This document shows, one piece after another, positions 16,757 through 26,387 of a stretch of DNA of 28,263 nt. Source of the stretch: a virus. Taxonomy: Duplodnaviria > Caudoviricetes. The position numbers and the translations under genes are program-made. The stretch covers positions 1 to 28,263 of the IMG/VR virus record IMGVR_UViG_3300020045_005882; one strand, written 5' to 3'. How positions within the stretch are numbered: position 1 is the first letter of the stretch; the number at the start of each line of letters is the position of its first letter. The notes below the pieces were generated by a model. That model saw nothing but the letters and a program-made list of their open reading frames with translations. It did not search any database and was not told the DNA's origin.

Positions 16757-17590
16757 CTAATTAATATCTAAGGTATCTGTAAAAGTTTTCCACGTTTCTT
16801 TAGAACGTATTTGATTGATACTTCTAGGTGTTATACCGTATCGTATAGCTAATACTTTAGAAGTCTCTTTAGAAAGATAAATTTCTTTTACTGTATCTTT
16901 CTGTAGTTTAGCTTTAAAAGGGTGTTCAGAGCTTCCAGCTTCCCCTAAAGATTCCGTTACATCTTTCCAGTTAATACCACATTTTATTTTAGATATAGTT
17001 GTAGTATCTGTACCATATTGTTTAGCTAGATTAGCTAAAGTATCCTTAGCTAAATATACTTCTCTCACTTGTTCTTTAGTTAGAATAGCAGAGGCTTCCC
17101 TAGTCCGTTCACTTCCAGTTGGTATGTTAATTTCTAAACCCTCTGTTACCTTAGACCATTCTTTTCTACTTCTTATTGTATTTATAGTTACCTTAGTAAC
17201 ATTTAATCGCTTAGCTAGTTCTGATGAAGTTTCTGTGGAGGTATATACCTCTCTAATTTCTTCATCCGTAAACTTTCTAGTAGTCCTACCACGGTCTATC
17301 TTATCTTGCATATTTTCTTTATGAGTTCCTAGTCGTAAGTGTTCTTTGGCTACGCAGTTTGGAGTATCACATCCATGTAGAATAAACAAACCTTGTAAAT
17401 CATTGGTCTGATTATAGTAAGCGTAAGCTAACCTATGTACCCTAACCTGAATATTTCTAATCGTAGTTACACCATAACCTGAACCAGTCTTACCTTTAAT
17501 ATATAGGCGACAAGCCTCTTGTTGTAATAGTCCTGGTAAGACCTTAGTTTCAAAAGCTTCATTTATCTCTAGTTGTGTAAATTCTAACAT
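16757..17590 (-). CDS. HNH homing endonuclease with three C-terminal HTH-like repeats
   Basis: GYG...VHRLAY...LHGCDTPNCV...HLRLGTHKENMQD (HNH_3/His-Me finger), followed by three ~45-aa repeats. Confidence 0.92.
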   Translation of the reverse strand: MLEFTQLEINEAFETKVLPGLLQQEACRLYIKGKTGSGYGVTTIRNIQVRVHRLAYAYYNQTNDLQGLFILHGCDTPNCVAKEHLRLGTHKENMQDKIDRGRTTRKFTDEEIREVYTSTETSSELAKRLNVTKVTINTIRSRKEWSKVTEGLEINIPTGSERTREASAILTKEQVREVYLAKDTLANLAKQYGTDTTTISKIKCGINWKDVTESLGEAGSSEHPFKAKLQKDTVKEIYLSKETSKVLAIRYGITPRSINQIRSKETWKTFTDTLDIN

Positions 17591-17616
17591 CGGTAACTCC
17601 TTATTAAGTAAGAAGC

Positions 17617-17645
17617 ATTATACCATAAAAAAGTTAAAAAGAAAC
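17617..17645 (-). promoter_or_regulatory. Extended -10 promoter for the HNH gene
   Basis: - strand TGGTATAAT followed by TAAGGAG SD. Confidence 0.55.
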
Positions 17646-17651
17646 TATTGA

Positions 17652-19616
17652 TTACGAGTACAAAAATTGTTCAATAGCTTTCCAATGGGGGGCTGTATAT
17701 GAGGGTATTCCAATGGCGTAGGCACACCAAATCACATTCTTCTCAGCATCCATAGCCTCCTTTCTTTTACCGCTAACTAATTTATAAACTTCTCTTTGTG
17801 TTCCACTTCTTACATCAATAAGCTTCCTACATGATACCATCTGGTCTTCGTACTGTCCGTAACTTTGCTCATTAAAGAAGTATCTATCTTGGTTACAACC
17901 ATCTATAAGGTTAAGCCCTACCCTTCTAAGTATCTCATTATGCGCTTTATGCGCCCCAATATTATAGACTTTAACCCCCATCGTTTCTGCAAGACTTCTA
18001 CGCGCTGACTTATAGGTTAAGATATCCATTTCAGCAGGTTCGTTGTAGATTTCATCATGAGAGAACCTTAGTTCATCACTCCCTTTAGTTGCAAAGACGT
18101 GTTCATACCCTTGTATCTGGTTCATCTCAAGTACAAATCTGTAAACAAGCTCTGTATTCCACCCACTATCAATCCCACAACCCGAAATCTTTAAACGCTT
18201 TCCACCAGCATGAGGATAATCTGCGATAATAACATTCTTTAGTTCTTCCCAAACAGGGTCTTGGTAGTTTTGTGTATTACCGAAGATTTCTCTCCAAGTT
18301 ACTAGCCAACTATTTCCATTTCTTCCCCAAGCTCTAATAACATAAGCAAACCTATTAATCTGAACATCAACCCCCATGGTAAGTACAAGCCCATCACTAG
18401 GTATAATGCCTTCTGGATAGTTACTACGGAGTTTTCTCATTTCCTCTACACTTAAAGCACTAACCCCACTAGCATAAGGAACTCCCATACAGGTATTATA
18501 GAAAGCCTTTAGTAAACCTTCTTTCCCCTTAGCATGGTCTACTTCTGCTAAGATTCTTTTCTTAGAAAGTTCAATAAAGTTACCACCATCAAAAGGACTT
18601 AGTAATTCTGAGAAGATAAATCCAAAAGTATCGGTGACTTCTGGCTTATTAGGATGCCACCCTTTAGAGAACCTACCAGTATGGTCAACAAAACCATGTT
18701 TCTTTCCAGCTCGTATGTTAAGGTTCTTTTGTTCAAAAGTCCATTCAGCAGCACAAGCTGGGCAGAAGAACTTAGCACTAAAAGGGTCTTGTCTTCCATA
18801 CTTCTCATCAAGTCTTCTTTCACTAAATTCTGCTACTTTTATAGCCGCAAAGCTTGTACTATCCATAGCTATAAGTTCACCACACTCATGACATTCAGCT
18901 TTGAAAACAAGTTGATTGGAGTATTTAATAGCTCGTTCAACTTGGCAGAAGTCCATATTAGTAGGGGTACTACCACCTACAAACTTTCGCATAACTAAGG
19001 GAACAAGCTTCTGACGGTCAAGAAGCGCGGCAACCGTATCACCTTGATTGTTTACATTATCGGGTGTGTCTGCAAATTCTTCAACTACAATAGTAGGTAC
19101 ATTGTCTGATTTAACTAGACTACCAAGTGTACGAAGTCGTAGCCAAGCTCCTTTGAGATTGTAATCAAAAATACTTTTCTTATTCTCTGAAAGTCCTACG
19201 TCAATTGCTTCCTGTAAGATTGGAGTATTCTCAATTAATGGTTGTAGCTTCCCTTTACCATACTCCTTAGCTTTATCCTTAGTAGGAAAGCCTATTAAAG
19301 TATTTCTAGGATTAGTATGTATGTTTTTTCCTAGCCAATTATTAATGGTTTCTGTCCAAGCTATACGGGAGGATTTCTGACCTATTATAACTGGTATATA
19401 GGGATTATCAAGACAGTCATATAGGTACTCCATATAAGGAGTTCTATCTGGGTCAAACTTACCAATACCAAAGGAAGTCTCTGTGCTAGTTATACTTCTG
19501 TACTTAGTTGCCCATTCCATAGAAGATAATCTAAGAATAGGACGAAACACAGCTTTAAGACAACTAGATAGTAGTAGTCTTTCTGAGATATTTTCTAAGG
19601 TTCTTGGAATATACAT
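17652..19616 (-). CDS. terL: Terminase large subunit, lambda gpA family
   Basis: 'RTPYM', Walker A variant QKSSRIAWTE, GGSTPT, CHEC/CPAC, 'FYNTCMGVPY', 'LTMGVDVQ', 'IDSG', 'RKEAMD'. Confidence 0.97.
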   Translation of the reverse strand: MYIPRTLENISERLLLSSCLKAVFRPILRLSSMEWATKYRSITSTETSFGIGKFDPDRTPYMEYLYDCLDNPYIPVIIGQKSSRIAWTETINNWLGKNIHTNPRNTLIGFPTKDKAKEYGKGKLQPLIENTPILQEAIDVGLSENKKSIFDYNLKGAWLRLRTLGSLVKSDNVPTIVVEEFADTPDNVNNQGDTVAALLDRQKLVPLVMRKFVGGSTPTNMDFCQVERAIKYSNQLVFKAECHECGELIAMDSTSFAAIKVAEFSERRLDEKYGRQDPFSAKFFCPACAAEWTFEQKNLNIRAGKKHGFVDHTGRFSKGWHPNKPEVTDTFGFIFSELLSPFDGGNFIELSKKRILAEVDHAKGKEGLLKAFYNTCMGVPYASGVSALSVEEMRKLRSNYPEGIIPSDGLVLTMGVDVQINRFAYVIRAWGRNGNSWLVTWREIFGNTQNYQDPVWEELKNVIIADYPHAGGKRLKISGCGIDSGWNTELVYRFVLEMNQIQGYEHVFATKGSDELRFSHDEIYNEPAEMDILTYKSARRSLAETMGVKVYNIGAHKAHNEILRRVGLNLIDGCNQDRYFFNEQSYGQYEDQMVSCRKLIDVRSGTQREVYKLVSGKRKEAMDAEKNVIWCAYAIGIPSYTAPHWKAIEQFLYS

Positions 19617-20237
19617 CTAAGACTCTTCTTCCGTAGTGAAATCAAAGGTACTTTCAATCTCTTCTATAGAGAACTCAGTCTTTAATTTAGTTGTTACATA
19701 GTTTTGTCTATCAAGTATGGCATCTTCTTCTAGTTGTATAGCAAGGTCATATATTTCTTTAATACATCTGTCTATTACTTCCTGTACTTGTGGATTTTCC
19801 TCTGCCGTATGGCGTAACATATTACAAATATTAGTGAAAGAGGATAAGAGTAAGGCTTCTATGTTACCTTTAGCAACATACTCCAACCTAGATACTAGGA
19901 CTTTTATAAGTAATTCTTCTTGTCTAGTTTTATCTAAGTTAATCTTTTGAATCTTCTCAGCAATGGTAACTTGGTCTAGTTTATCCCTTAATTCCGAGTT
20001 CTTGAATCTTGGTTTAGCCTCGGCTTCTGCAAGCTTAGCTTTTACAACTAAATCCTTAGCTTCTTTATTCTGCCGATAGTAGTTCACAAGCGTAGTTGCG
20101 AAGTCTTTATAAGTAATACACTCACGAAACGTCCCAATATCTGTCAGGTCTTTCCATGTCTTAGGATTAATACCACAAAGTTCTTGAACTCTACTAAGAA
20201 CTGCGGGAGTATCTGGAGTTTCTATATAAGAAGCCAT
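19617..20237 (-). CDS. terS: Terminase small subunit (Nu1-like)
   Basis: Abuts terL; N-terminal HTH-like segment (VQELCGINPKTW) followed by a coiled coil. Confidence 0.8.
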   Translation of the reverse strand: MASYIETPDTPAVLSRVQELCGINPKTWKDLTDIGTFRECITYKDFATTLVNYYRQNKEAKDLVVKAKLAEAEAKPRFKNSELRDKLDQVTIAEKIQKINLDKTRQEELLIKVLVSRLEYVAKGNIEALLLSSFTNICNMLRHTAEENPQVQEVIDRCIKEIYDLAIQLEEDAILDRQNYVTTKLKTEFSIEEIESTFDFTTEEES

Positions 20238-20246
20238 AATGTTTAT

Positions 20247-20534
20247 TTATTTATGAGAAGCATGAAGATAACCATCTAGTGCATAGTAGGCTAGGATAAT
20301 TCCCATCGTGAATTTTACAAACTTACCAAAGAAGGTTGAGATTTTAATAGCTTGTTGTGCCGTTTTATAAGCTTCAACTACTGCGGTGGTAGAAGCCGTT
20401 AGCTCATCTAGTTTACCACTAAGGATAATTAATGAGGCTGTAGTTTGTTGCTTATAAAGCTCTTCTGAACTGATATGTTCTTCTAAGAGCCTTTTATAAT
20501 CTATCTCAGCAGGATTGCTTCTACGGTCAGTCAT
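20247..20534 (-). CDS. Coiled-coil protein with a C-terminal transmembrane helix (putative holin/antiholin)
   Basis: 'MTDRR' start, coiled coil, then FFGKFVKFTMGIILAYYAL. Confidence 0.55.
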   Translation of the reverse strand: MTDRRSNPAEIDYKRLLEEHISSEELYKQQTTASLIILSGKLDELTASTTAVVEAYKTAQQAIKISTFFGKFVKFTMGIILAYYALDGYLHASHK

Positions 20535-20575
20535 GTAAGTACCTTATTTAGTGGTGTATCTTTTATTTATATGGT

Positions 20576-20605
20576 ACTATAGCGCATACTTTATAAACCT
20601 GTCAA
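20576..20605 (-). promoter_or_regulatory. Leftward sigma70 promoter in the divergent region
   Basis: - strand TTGACA-18 nt-TATAGT. An overlapping + strand TGGTACTAT (20572-20580) may serve the rightward arm. Confidence 0.7.
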
Positions 20606-20611
20606 GCCGTT

Positions 20612-21136
20612 ATGTCAGAAGAAAACTTACAACTTATCCAAAAGCTAGAACTCCCAAACCTAGTGGAGTTGTTTGAGATATTATATAATGGAGTCTATTA
20701 TCGTTTAACTAGCTCACTACGTTCTGGGAGTTTATTTTGGGATAGTCAGGAATACTTTGCATTTCCAATTATAATCTCAGATGTTACCTTTAATGAAACC
20801 AATGCTAATGACACACCCAAGTTGTCTATAGCTAAAAGAGATGCTTATTGGCTTTCAGCAGTTTACAAAGTACCTAACCTTAAAGGTGCTAAAGTAATGT
20901 ATGTGCAAACTGCGGAGAGTTATATAGGAGCTGATGCTGGAAGTAGTACACCTTTGTTTTTAATGAAGAGACATTTTACAGTTAATCAAATGCTTTCTAA
21001 ACAGGCGGGGCAGCTAGTGTACGGCTTAAATACCTACACGAACTTCCTCCAGATGAAATATCCACGCCGCCAGATGCTTAGGGACGGCAGAGATAAGATG
21101 AGATTTGAAGGCTTAGCTTATACTAAGTCTATCTAA
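20612..21136 (+). CDS. Minor tail protein L-like (short, lacks the Cys domain)
   Basis: 'LVELFEI', 'WDSQEYFAFPI', 'PKLSI', 'LKGAKV', 'YPRRQM'; first gene of an L-K-I-J block. Confidence 0.88.
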   Translation: MSEENLQLIQKLELPNLVELFEILYNGVYYRLTSSLRSGSLFWDSQEYFAFPIIISDVTFNETNANDTPKLSIAKRDAYWLSAVYKVPNLKGAKVMYVQTAESYIGADAGSSTPLFLMKRHFTVNQMLSKQAGQLVYGLNTYTNFLQMKYPRRQMLRDGRDKMRFEGLAYTKSI

Positions 21137-21168
21137 TGTTAACTATAACTAAACATATTGGAGATAAT

Positions 21169-21948
21169 ATGATACTTTCAGATACAACTTTACTTCAAAT
21201 AGAGTTAGCAACTCGTAGAGCTTATCCAAACGAGTTTTGCGGATACTTACATCATGATGGTAGTCTACATGAACAACCAAACATTGCAAAAGACCCAACT
21301 AAATCTTTTGAACTTTGTCCGTTAACTTTCCTAGAACATAAAGATTCCATCTATGCAATTATACATTCACACACGCAAAGAAGTCATATTCACATACAAA
21401 CACCGTCTATGGCAGACCTTACACTAGCTATTGAAGTTAGTCTTCCATTATATATATCGGCTTTTGATGGAAGCCAATACTACCAACCATTAAAAGTTCC
21501 ACCAGAACCCTCAAAAGAGTATCTAAATAGACCGTATATCTTTGGAGTATCCGACTGTGGTTGTCTTATTAGAGATTATTATCACTTCGAGTTTGGGATT
21601 ACTATTAAAATTCCATTAACTGACCACCTTACAGAAAAGAAAAGTTGGGCAGACTTAGTTAAACGAGTCCTTGAAGATAATAAACTCCAAGAACATAACT
21701 TACTTCAACAAGATAATGTTGGAGAAGCTATTAAAAGTAATAATCTTATTGATATTACTAAGACAGGGCAGTTACAGAAAGGAGACCTTTTGATTATATC
21801 TATACTAGGGTTTAAGGATAATCATGCCATGATTTATCTAGGAAACGGTACAGTTCTTAATCAAGGTGAGTTTTCAAAGATTGAACCTTTAGAACTTTAC
21901 CTTAATAAGATAACTAAGGTTTATAGACACCCAGATATAGGTGGTTAA
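21169..21948 (+). CDS. Tail assembly protein K-like (JAB/MPN plus NlpC/P60)
   Basis: YPNEFCG...HSH...PSMAD (JAB) and RPYIFGVSDC...RDYY...NHAMIYLG (NlpC/P60). ATG 21169 has a GGAG SD; the ORF extends upstream to 21136. Confidence 0.93.
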   Translation: MILSDTTLLQIELATRRAYPNEFCGYLHHDGSLHEQPNIAKDPTKSFELCPLTFLEHKDSIYAIIHSHTQRSHIHIQTPSMADLTLAIEVSLPLYISAFDGSQYYQPLKVPPEPSKEYLNRPYIFGVSDCGCLIRDYYHFEFGITIKIPLTDHLTEKKSWADLVKRVLEDNKLQEHNLLQQDNVGEAIKSNNLIDITKTGQLQKGDLLIISILGFKDNHAMIYLGNGTVLNQGEFSKIEPLELYLNKITKVYRHPDIGG

Positions 21949-22591
21949 AATGCAAGTTATATACTTTAATGGTCAAGCCGCAGAACGCTTTAATGTACAA
22001 ATAGTAAATTTAGTACAACTTTATGACTATCTTAGGATAAATAAACCTGATATATTTAAAGAAGTAGCAGAAAAGGAACTTTGCTATACGGTTTATACAG
22101 AAGATAAAGAGAAGGCTTACCCTATACTGCCAACTATGTTAGAGTTTGACTTAAGTAACTATCATGTTTTAGTTATCTGTCCTAAGATAACTGGGGATGC
22201 CTTGTTTACCTCTATTGCGGCTAGTGTTACTGCCGCCGTAGCTGCGGCTGGTGCATCTGCGGCTGCAGCTGCTGCTGTAGGTTATGTAGTTGCCACTGTG
22301 GTTGTAGTTGGGTTGGTGATAGGCTTAGGTATGTTAGTTCGTGCCTTAACACCACAAAATAAACTAGATAACAACCAAGACCCTTCCAATCTATCTAAAC
22401 TATATAATGGTGTTCCCAATATAACTGAGCAAGGTGGAAGTGTTCCTGTTGTCTTTGGCAACTGTCTCTTTGGCGGTGTTAGAATAGGTTTAAGACTAGA
22501 GCAAGCTTTAACAACCTACCCAGACGTTATTCCTATTGCAACTTTCCCAGAAGGAATGAACTATCCTTCTAATTGGATGAGATTTGTATGA
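21941..22591 (+). CDS. Tail assembly protein I-like
   Basis: Hydrophobic Ala/Val-rich segment and 'NITEQGGSVPVVFG'. Confidence 0.9.
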   Translation: MVKMQVIYFNGQAAERFNVQIVNLVQLYDYLRINKPDIFKEVAEKELCYTVYTEDKEKAYPILPTMLEFDLSNYHVLVICPKITGDALFTSIAASVTAAVAAAGASAAAAAAVGYVVATVVVVGLVIGLGMLVRALTPQNKLDNNQDPSNLSKLYNGVPNITEQGGSVPVVFGNCLFGGVRIGLRLEQALTTYPDVIPIATFPEGMNYPSNWMRFV

Positions 22592-24969
22592 AAACTTTAC
22601 CAAGATTATATGGTGAAGGTGGTAGCGCACCAGCTAAACCAGTTAGCTACCCAGCTAATTTAAAGACTACTCAAGCTCTTTACTTATTATTTGTAGTTAG
22701 TGAGGGGGAGATTACCAATATAGAAGACATCTATATTGATGATGTTAGCATTAAAGAGTTTACAGCTAGTTGGAGTTTTACTCGTGGGGAAGTTAATCAA
22801 GGAAGTATTGCGCATCTAAACTCTACTTCTTTAACAGAAGGTGTTGAGGTACCGTTACCTTTTGAAGACCCTGCTGGAGTGGTTAGACCAATCTCTGGGG
22901 ACTACGAATATGTAGATATTGCTGTAAACTTTAGTCAAGTAGTGCATAATACTGTCGAAGGTGATTCTGTCTATGCTATGTTATTTTTTAACCTTTCGAC
23001 TTCTGATAGTTATGTAGCTCCAAGTTATACTCTTGTGTCTACACAAAATATAGTTGGTAAAAGTGATGGACAATATCAAGCAACCTTTAGAGTTTATAGA
23101 CCTGTTAGTAATACGGGTGACCATGAATGGGGAGTTAAGATAGCTCATAGCAATCTATCAGCTTTCCCGTTGGCAAATACAGTCGTTATGTCTGTACCTC
23201 ATATTACTTATTATAGTGTAGAGAATATCAGTAACTATACAGGTTCAGCTTTAATAGCTATACGCTTGGAAGATGCTTCCGAAGTCTCTAATAGGATACC
23301 AACTATATCTATTAGAGGTTCTGGTGTGAAGTTAATGTTACCAACAAGTGACTATTATGATGCTTTGAATGGTTTATATAGCAATGGAACTACTTATGTA
23401 TCACCAACTGACCCCGCTAGGTTAACTTGGGATGGCACGTTCCATACTTTAGCAGGAATACCAACTTACCAATATAATAATAACTTAAGTTGGGTTATCT
23501 ATAACTTCTTAAGTGATTGGTTGTTTTTTGAAGTTGATGGTATTCGGTATCCCCGTGGTTGTGATATTCCAAAGGTACATCTTGCGCATTTTACTTTTGA
23601 AGAATATGCAAGATATTGTGATGAATTACTTTCCTATAAGGAAACTCCTAGTTCTGCTACTTTAACTGAAAGAAGATATACACTTAATAGACAATTTATC
23701 GAAAGAAAAGATGCTAAGATTGCTAGGGATGATTTACTTACCGTTGGCAATGCAGAACTAATTGAATATGGTGGGTTAGTTTCTATTGTATGGGATAGAA
23801 GATTCTCTACTACAGAGATTAACCAAAGCTTAGTCTTTACTAACCAAAATGTTCAAGAGGGTTTGTTTGAATATGCCAGTGCAGATATTACCGATAATAA
23901 TACACAGATAAATGTAACTATACAAGAGATTGATAATAGGAACAGAACTAGGACAATTACTGTATTAGTGGACGAACTGGAAGACTTTCTTGGACTTACT
24001 AGAGGGCATTTTGTTTCACTTTATGGCTATACAAGTTCAGACTTCTTAATGCTTGGATGTGCTAGTATATCTGCTGGAGTTCGTAAAGGTAGAAACCTTC
24101 TATGGGACTCTCTTATGATTGACTTAGAGGGTGATGGAATAGTTCAGTTCAGGTGCCTTATAGAAGCAGTGATGTTACATAAAGGAAGTTTGATAAGAAT
24201 CCATGATAGTAATTTATTTGATACAATTGAGACTGGAAGAGTAGTTAGTTATATAGCCAGCCCTGTTGGCATTAGCCTAGTATTAGACAGGGCTATTACT
24301 TTAGCTGGTATAACTACCTTAATGGTTTATAAGTCCGATGGAACTTTAATAGAATTAATGCTTAATGAAGTTACTGGGACTCTTACCGAAGTATCAGCAG
24401 ATTATACTGGTACGCTTGAACTAATTGAACAAAGTCTATTTATTCAAAAATCTGAAAGAACTACACCCTATAAAGTAACCAATATTACCAAAGAAGATAA
24501 TGTTTATCTAATAGAAGCTACTAAGTATGATGCTAGAAAATACGATTTCATTGAGCAAGTAGTCACACTACCAAGCACTAATAATTTTGTTGAAGTTAGT
24601 AGGGGTAAAACTACTGCCGTTAGTAATATACAGTTACAAGATTTAACAAACCTAGCTGATATAACGAATAAACACTTTGTTGTAACTTGGGAACACACCC
24701 AAATTGCCGGGCGAAGTTATACTTATCAAGTAGATTACACAACATCATACGGAACTTCTGGAACAGCTACCACTACTACTAAAAGTTTAGACTTCATTGC
24801 ACAAGTTATTCCGCCTAATGTAACTTATTTCTTCACTATAACAGCTATAAGTTCACTAGATTTACCTAGTAAAGGTGTTACCTTTAGTTTTGCTGAAACC
24901 AGATATGATACTGGTGGTCGTTATGATTCTAATGTATACTATGATGGCTATTCGCCACTACAATTTTAA
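22588..24969 (+). CDS. Tail tip/host specificity protein J-like (short)
   Basis: 'VVSEGEI', 'WDGTF', 'NNLSWVIY', 'ARYCDEL', 'ERRYTLN', 'FTNQNVQEGLFEY', 'YDARKYDFIE', and a C-terminal FN3-like domain. ATG 22588 overlaps the gpI stop (ATGA). Confidence 0.93.
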   Translation: MKTLPRLYGEGGSAPAKPVSYPANLKTTQALYLLFVVSEGEITNIEDIYIDDVSIKEFTASWSFTRGEVNQGSIAHLNSTSLTEGVEVPLPFEDPAGVVRPISGDYEYVDIAVNFSQVVHNTVEGDSVYAMLFFNLSTSDSYVAPSYTLVSTQNIVGKSDGQYQATFRVYRPVSNTGDHEWGVKIAHSNLSAFPLANTVVMSVPHITYYSVENISNYTGSALIAIRLEDASEVSNRIPTISIRGSGVKLMLPTSDYYDALNGLYSNGTTYVSPTDPARLTWDGTFHTLAGIPTYQYNNNLSWVIYNFLSDWLFFEVDGIRYPRGCDIPKVHLAHFTFEEYARYCDELLSYKETPSSATLTERRYTLNRQFIERKDAKIARDDLLTVGNAELIEYGGLVSIVWDRRFSTTEINQSLVFTNQNVQEGLFEYASADITDNNTQINVTIQEIDNRNRTRTITVLVDELEDFLGLTRGHFVSLYGYTSSDFLMLGCASISAGVRKGRNLLWDSLMIDLEGDGIVQFRCLIEAVMLHKGSLIRIHDSNLFDTIETGRVVSYIASPVGISLVLDRAITLAGITTLMVYKSDGTLIELMLNEVTGTLTEVSADYTGTLELIEQSLFIQKSERTTPYKVTNITKEDNVYLIEATKYDARKYDFIEQVVTLPSTNNFVEVSRGKTTAVSNIQLQDLTNLADITNKHFVVTWEHTQIAGRSYTYQVDYTTSYGTSGTATTTTKSLDFIAQVIPPNVTYFFTITAISSLDLPSKGVTFSFAETRYDTGGRYDSNVYYDGYSPLQF

Positions 24970-24980
24970 CGGAGATACTC

Positions 24981-26387
24981 ATGGCAAGTACAATTAATAT
25001 TACAATCCCAGTAACTAATAGTTTGGTAAGTTCAGCTGAGCTTAGAGCTAACTTTGCAGCCGCAAAGACTGACATTGAAGCTTTACAAGATACAATAGCT
25101 AATATAAGCGGTATTTCAACTATAAATGCAACAAGTCCTATAGTTATTAGTGGTGGTAGTTCTCCTAATATTAGTATTAATACTGCAAATTCTACACAAG
25201 CAGGTGCTTTAACTGCTACTGATTGGAACACTTTTAATAATAAAGGAACAAGTAACCTTTCTTTTGTACAAGGTAATGGTACTATTAATGGTATGACTCT
25301 AACAGGTAATGCTACTGGAACTGGTGGAAACCTAACACTAGGAGGTAACTTAACTGGAATCAACCTAACGTCCCAAGTAGAAGGAATACTTCCAGTAGCT
25401 AATGGAGGGTCTGGGGTAAACACTTCAACTGGTTCTGGTAGCCTAGTGCTTTCTACTAGCCCAAATCTTACTACACCAACCTTAGGGACTCCAGCAAGTG
25501 GTAACTTAACTAATTGCAATGGTAATGCTACTAATCTTATCGCTGGTAACGCTACAAACTTACAGAGTTATGTTAATCTATCTTTAATAACACCAAACTT
25601 AGGGACTCCTAGTGCAGTAAACCTAACAAATGCAGCAGGATTGCCTGTAGCCTCTCCAACTTACTTAGGGGGGTATGATATATCTGGTTGGATAGCCTTA
25701 GGGGCTTGTGCTTATGTATCAGCCGACAGCCCTACTTTTGTTATGAATATGACCGGAGATGCTACTAGCTATATAGGTCTAGGGTACCGAATAAGACTAA
25801 CCCAAACTACCGTTAAGTATTTTGTGGTAACTGCTATCGGAGCTTATTCTGGGGGAGTTACCCCTATAACCTTATACGGCGGTACTGATTATACACTAGC
25901 TAATGCAGCAATTACACTACCTTCTTTTAGTAGTAATAAAGCCCCGTTTGGTTTTCCACTAAATCCACAAAAATGGGATGTTGTAGTTGAACTTACAACT
26001 AACACAACAACGAATACCCCAACGGCTACGACTTGGTACAACATATCATCAATCAATATCCCAATCGGGGCATTTAATGTTAGCATTAGTGGTGGTTATA
26101 GAGTACTAGCTACTTTAGCAGCTGTAGCTCTACTTGATACTTATGTAACTTTATCAACAGCAAACAATACAGAAAGTGAGAAACGGATGACCGAAGGTAT
26201 GTCATCTTTGCAACCTATAGGTGCTGCACAAGTTAGAGGTGGCTTCTATAGAGACTTGGATATGCTTTTAACAACTAAAGCAACATGGTATTTAAACCAA
26301 AAAACAGTTCAAGCAGGTATGTCTAGTTTAGAAATGTCTAGTACAGCAACAACAACTATACTTAAAGCAAGATTTTTATATTTATAA
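24981..26387 (+). CDS. Tail fibre protein
   Basis: N-terminal 'ELRANFAAAKTDIEALQ'; Gly/Thr/Asn-rich shaft with 'GILPVANGG' and repeated 'TP.LGTP.. .NLTN'; globular C-terminus. Confidence 0.8.
   Translation: MASTINITIPVTNSLVSSAELRANFAAAKTDIEALQDTIANISGISTINATSPIVISGGSSPNISINTANSTQAGALTATDWNTFNNKGTSNLSFVQGNGTINGMTLTGNATGTGGNLTLGGNLTGINLTSQVEGILPVANGGSGVNTSTGSGSLVLSTSPNLTTPTLGTPASGNLTNCNGNATNLIAGNATNLQSYVNLSLITPNLGTPSAVNLTNAAGLPVASPTYLGGYDISGWIALGACAYVSADSPTFVMNMTGDATSYIGLGYRIRLTQTTVKYFVVTAIGAYSGGVTPITLYGGTDYTLANAAITLPSFSSNKAPFGFPLNPQKWDVVVELTTNTTTNTPTATTWYNISSINIPIGAFNVSISGGYRVLATLAAVALLDTYVTLSTANNTESEKRMTEGMSSLQPIGAAQVRGGFYRDLDMLLTTKATWYLNQKTVQAGMSSLEMSSTATTTILKARFLYL

Noticed and set aside
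8682-19950. Short ORFs 8682..9131, 10788..10985, 10870..11250, 13668..13856, 17124..17324, 18599..18823, 18634..18891, 18654..18998 and 19717..19950
   Set aside because: All lie entirely within well-supported genes, antisense or out of frame.
24504-26086. - strand ORFs 24504..24698, 24929..25519 and 25889..26086
   Set aside because: Antisense shadows of gpJ and the tail fibre.
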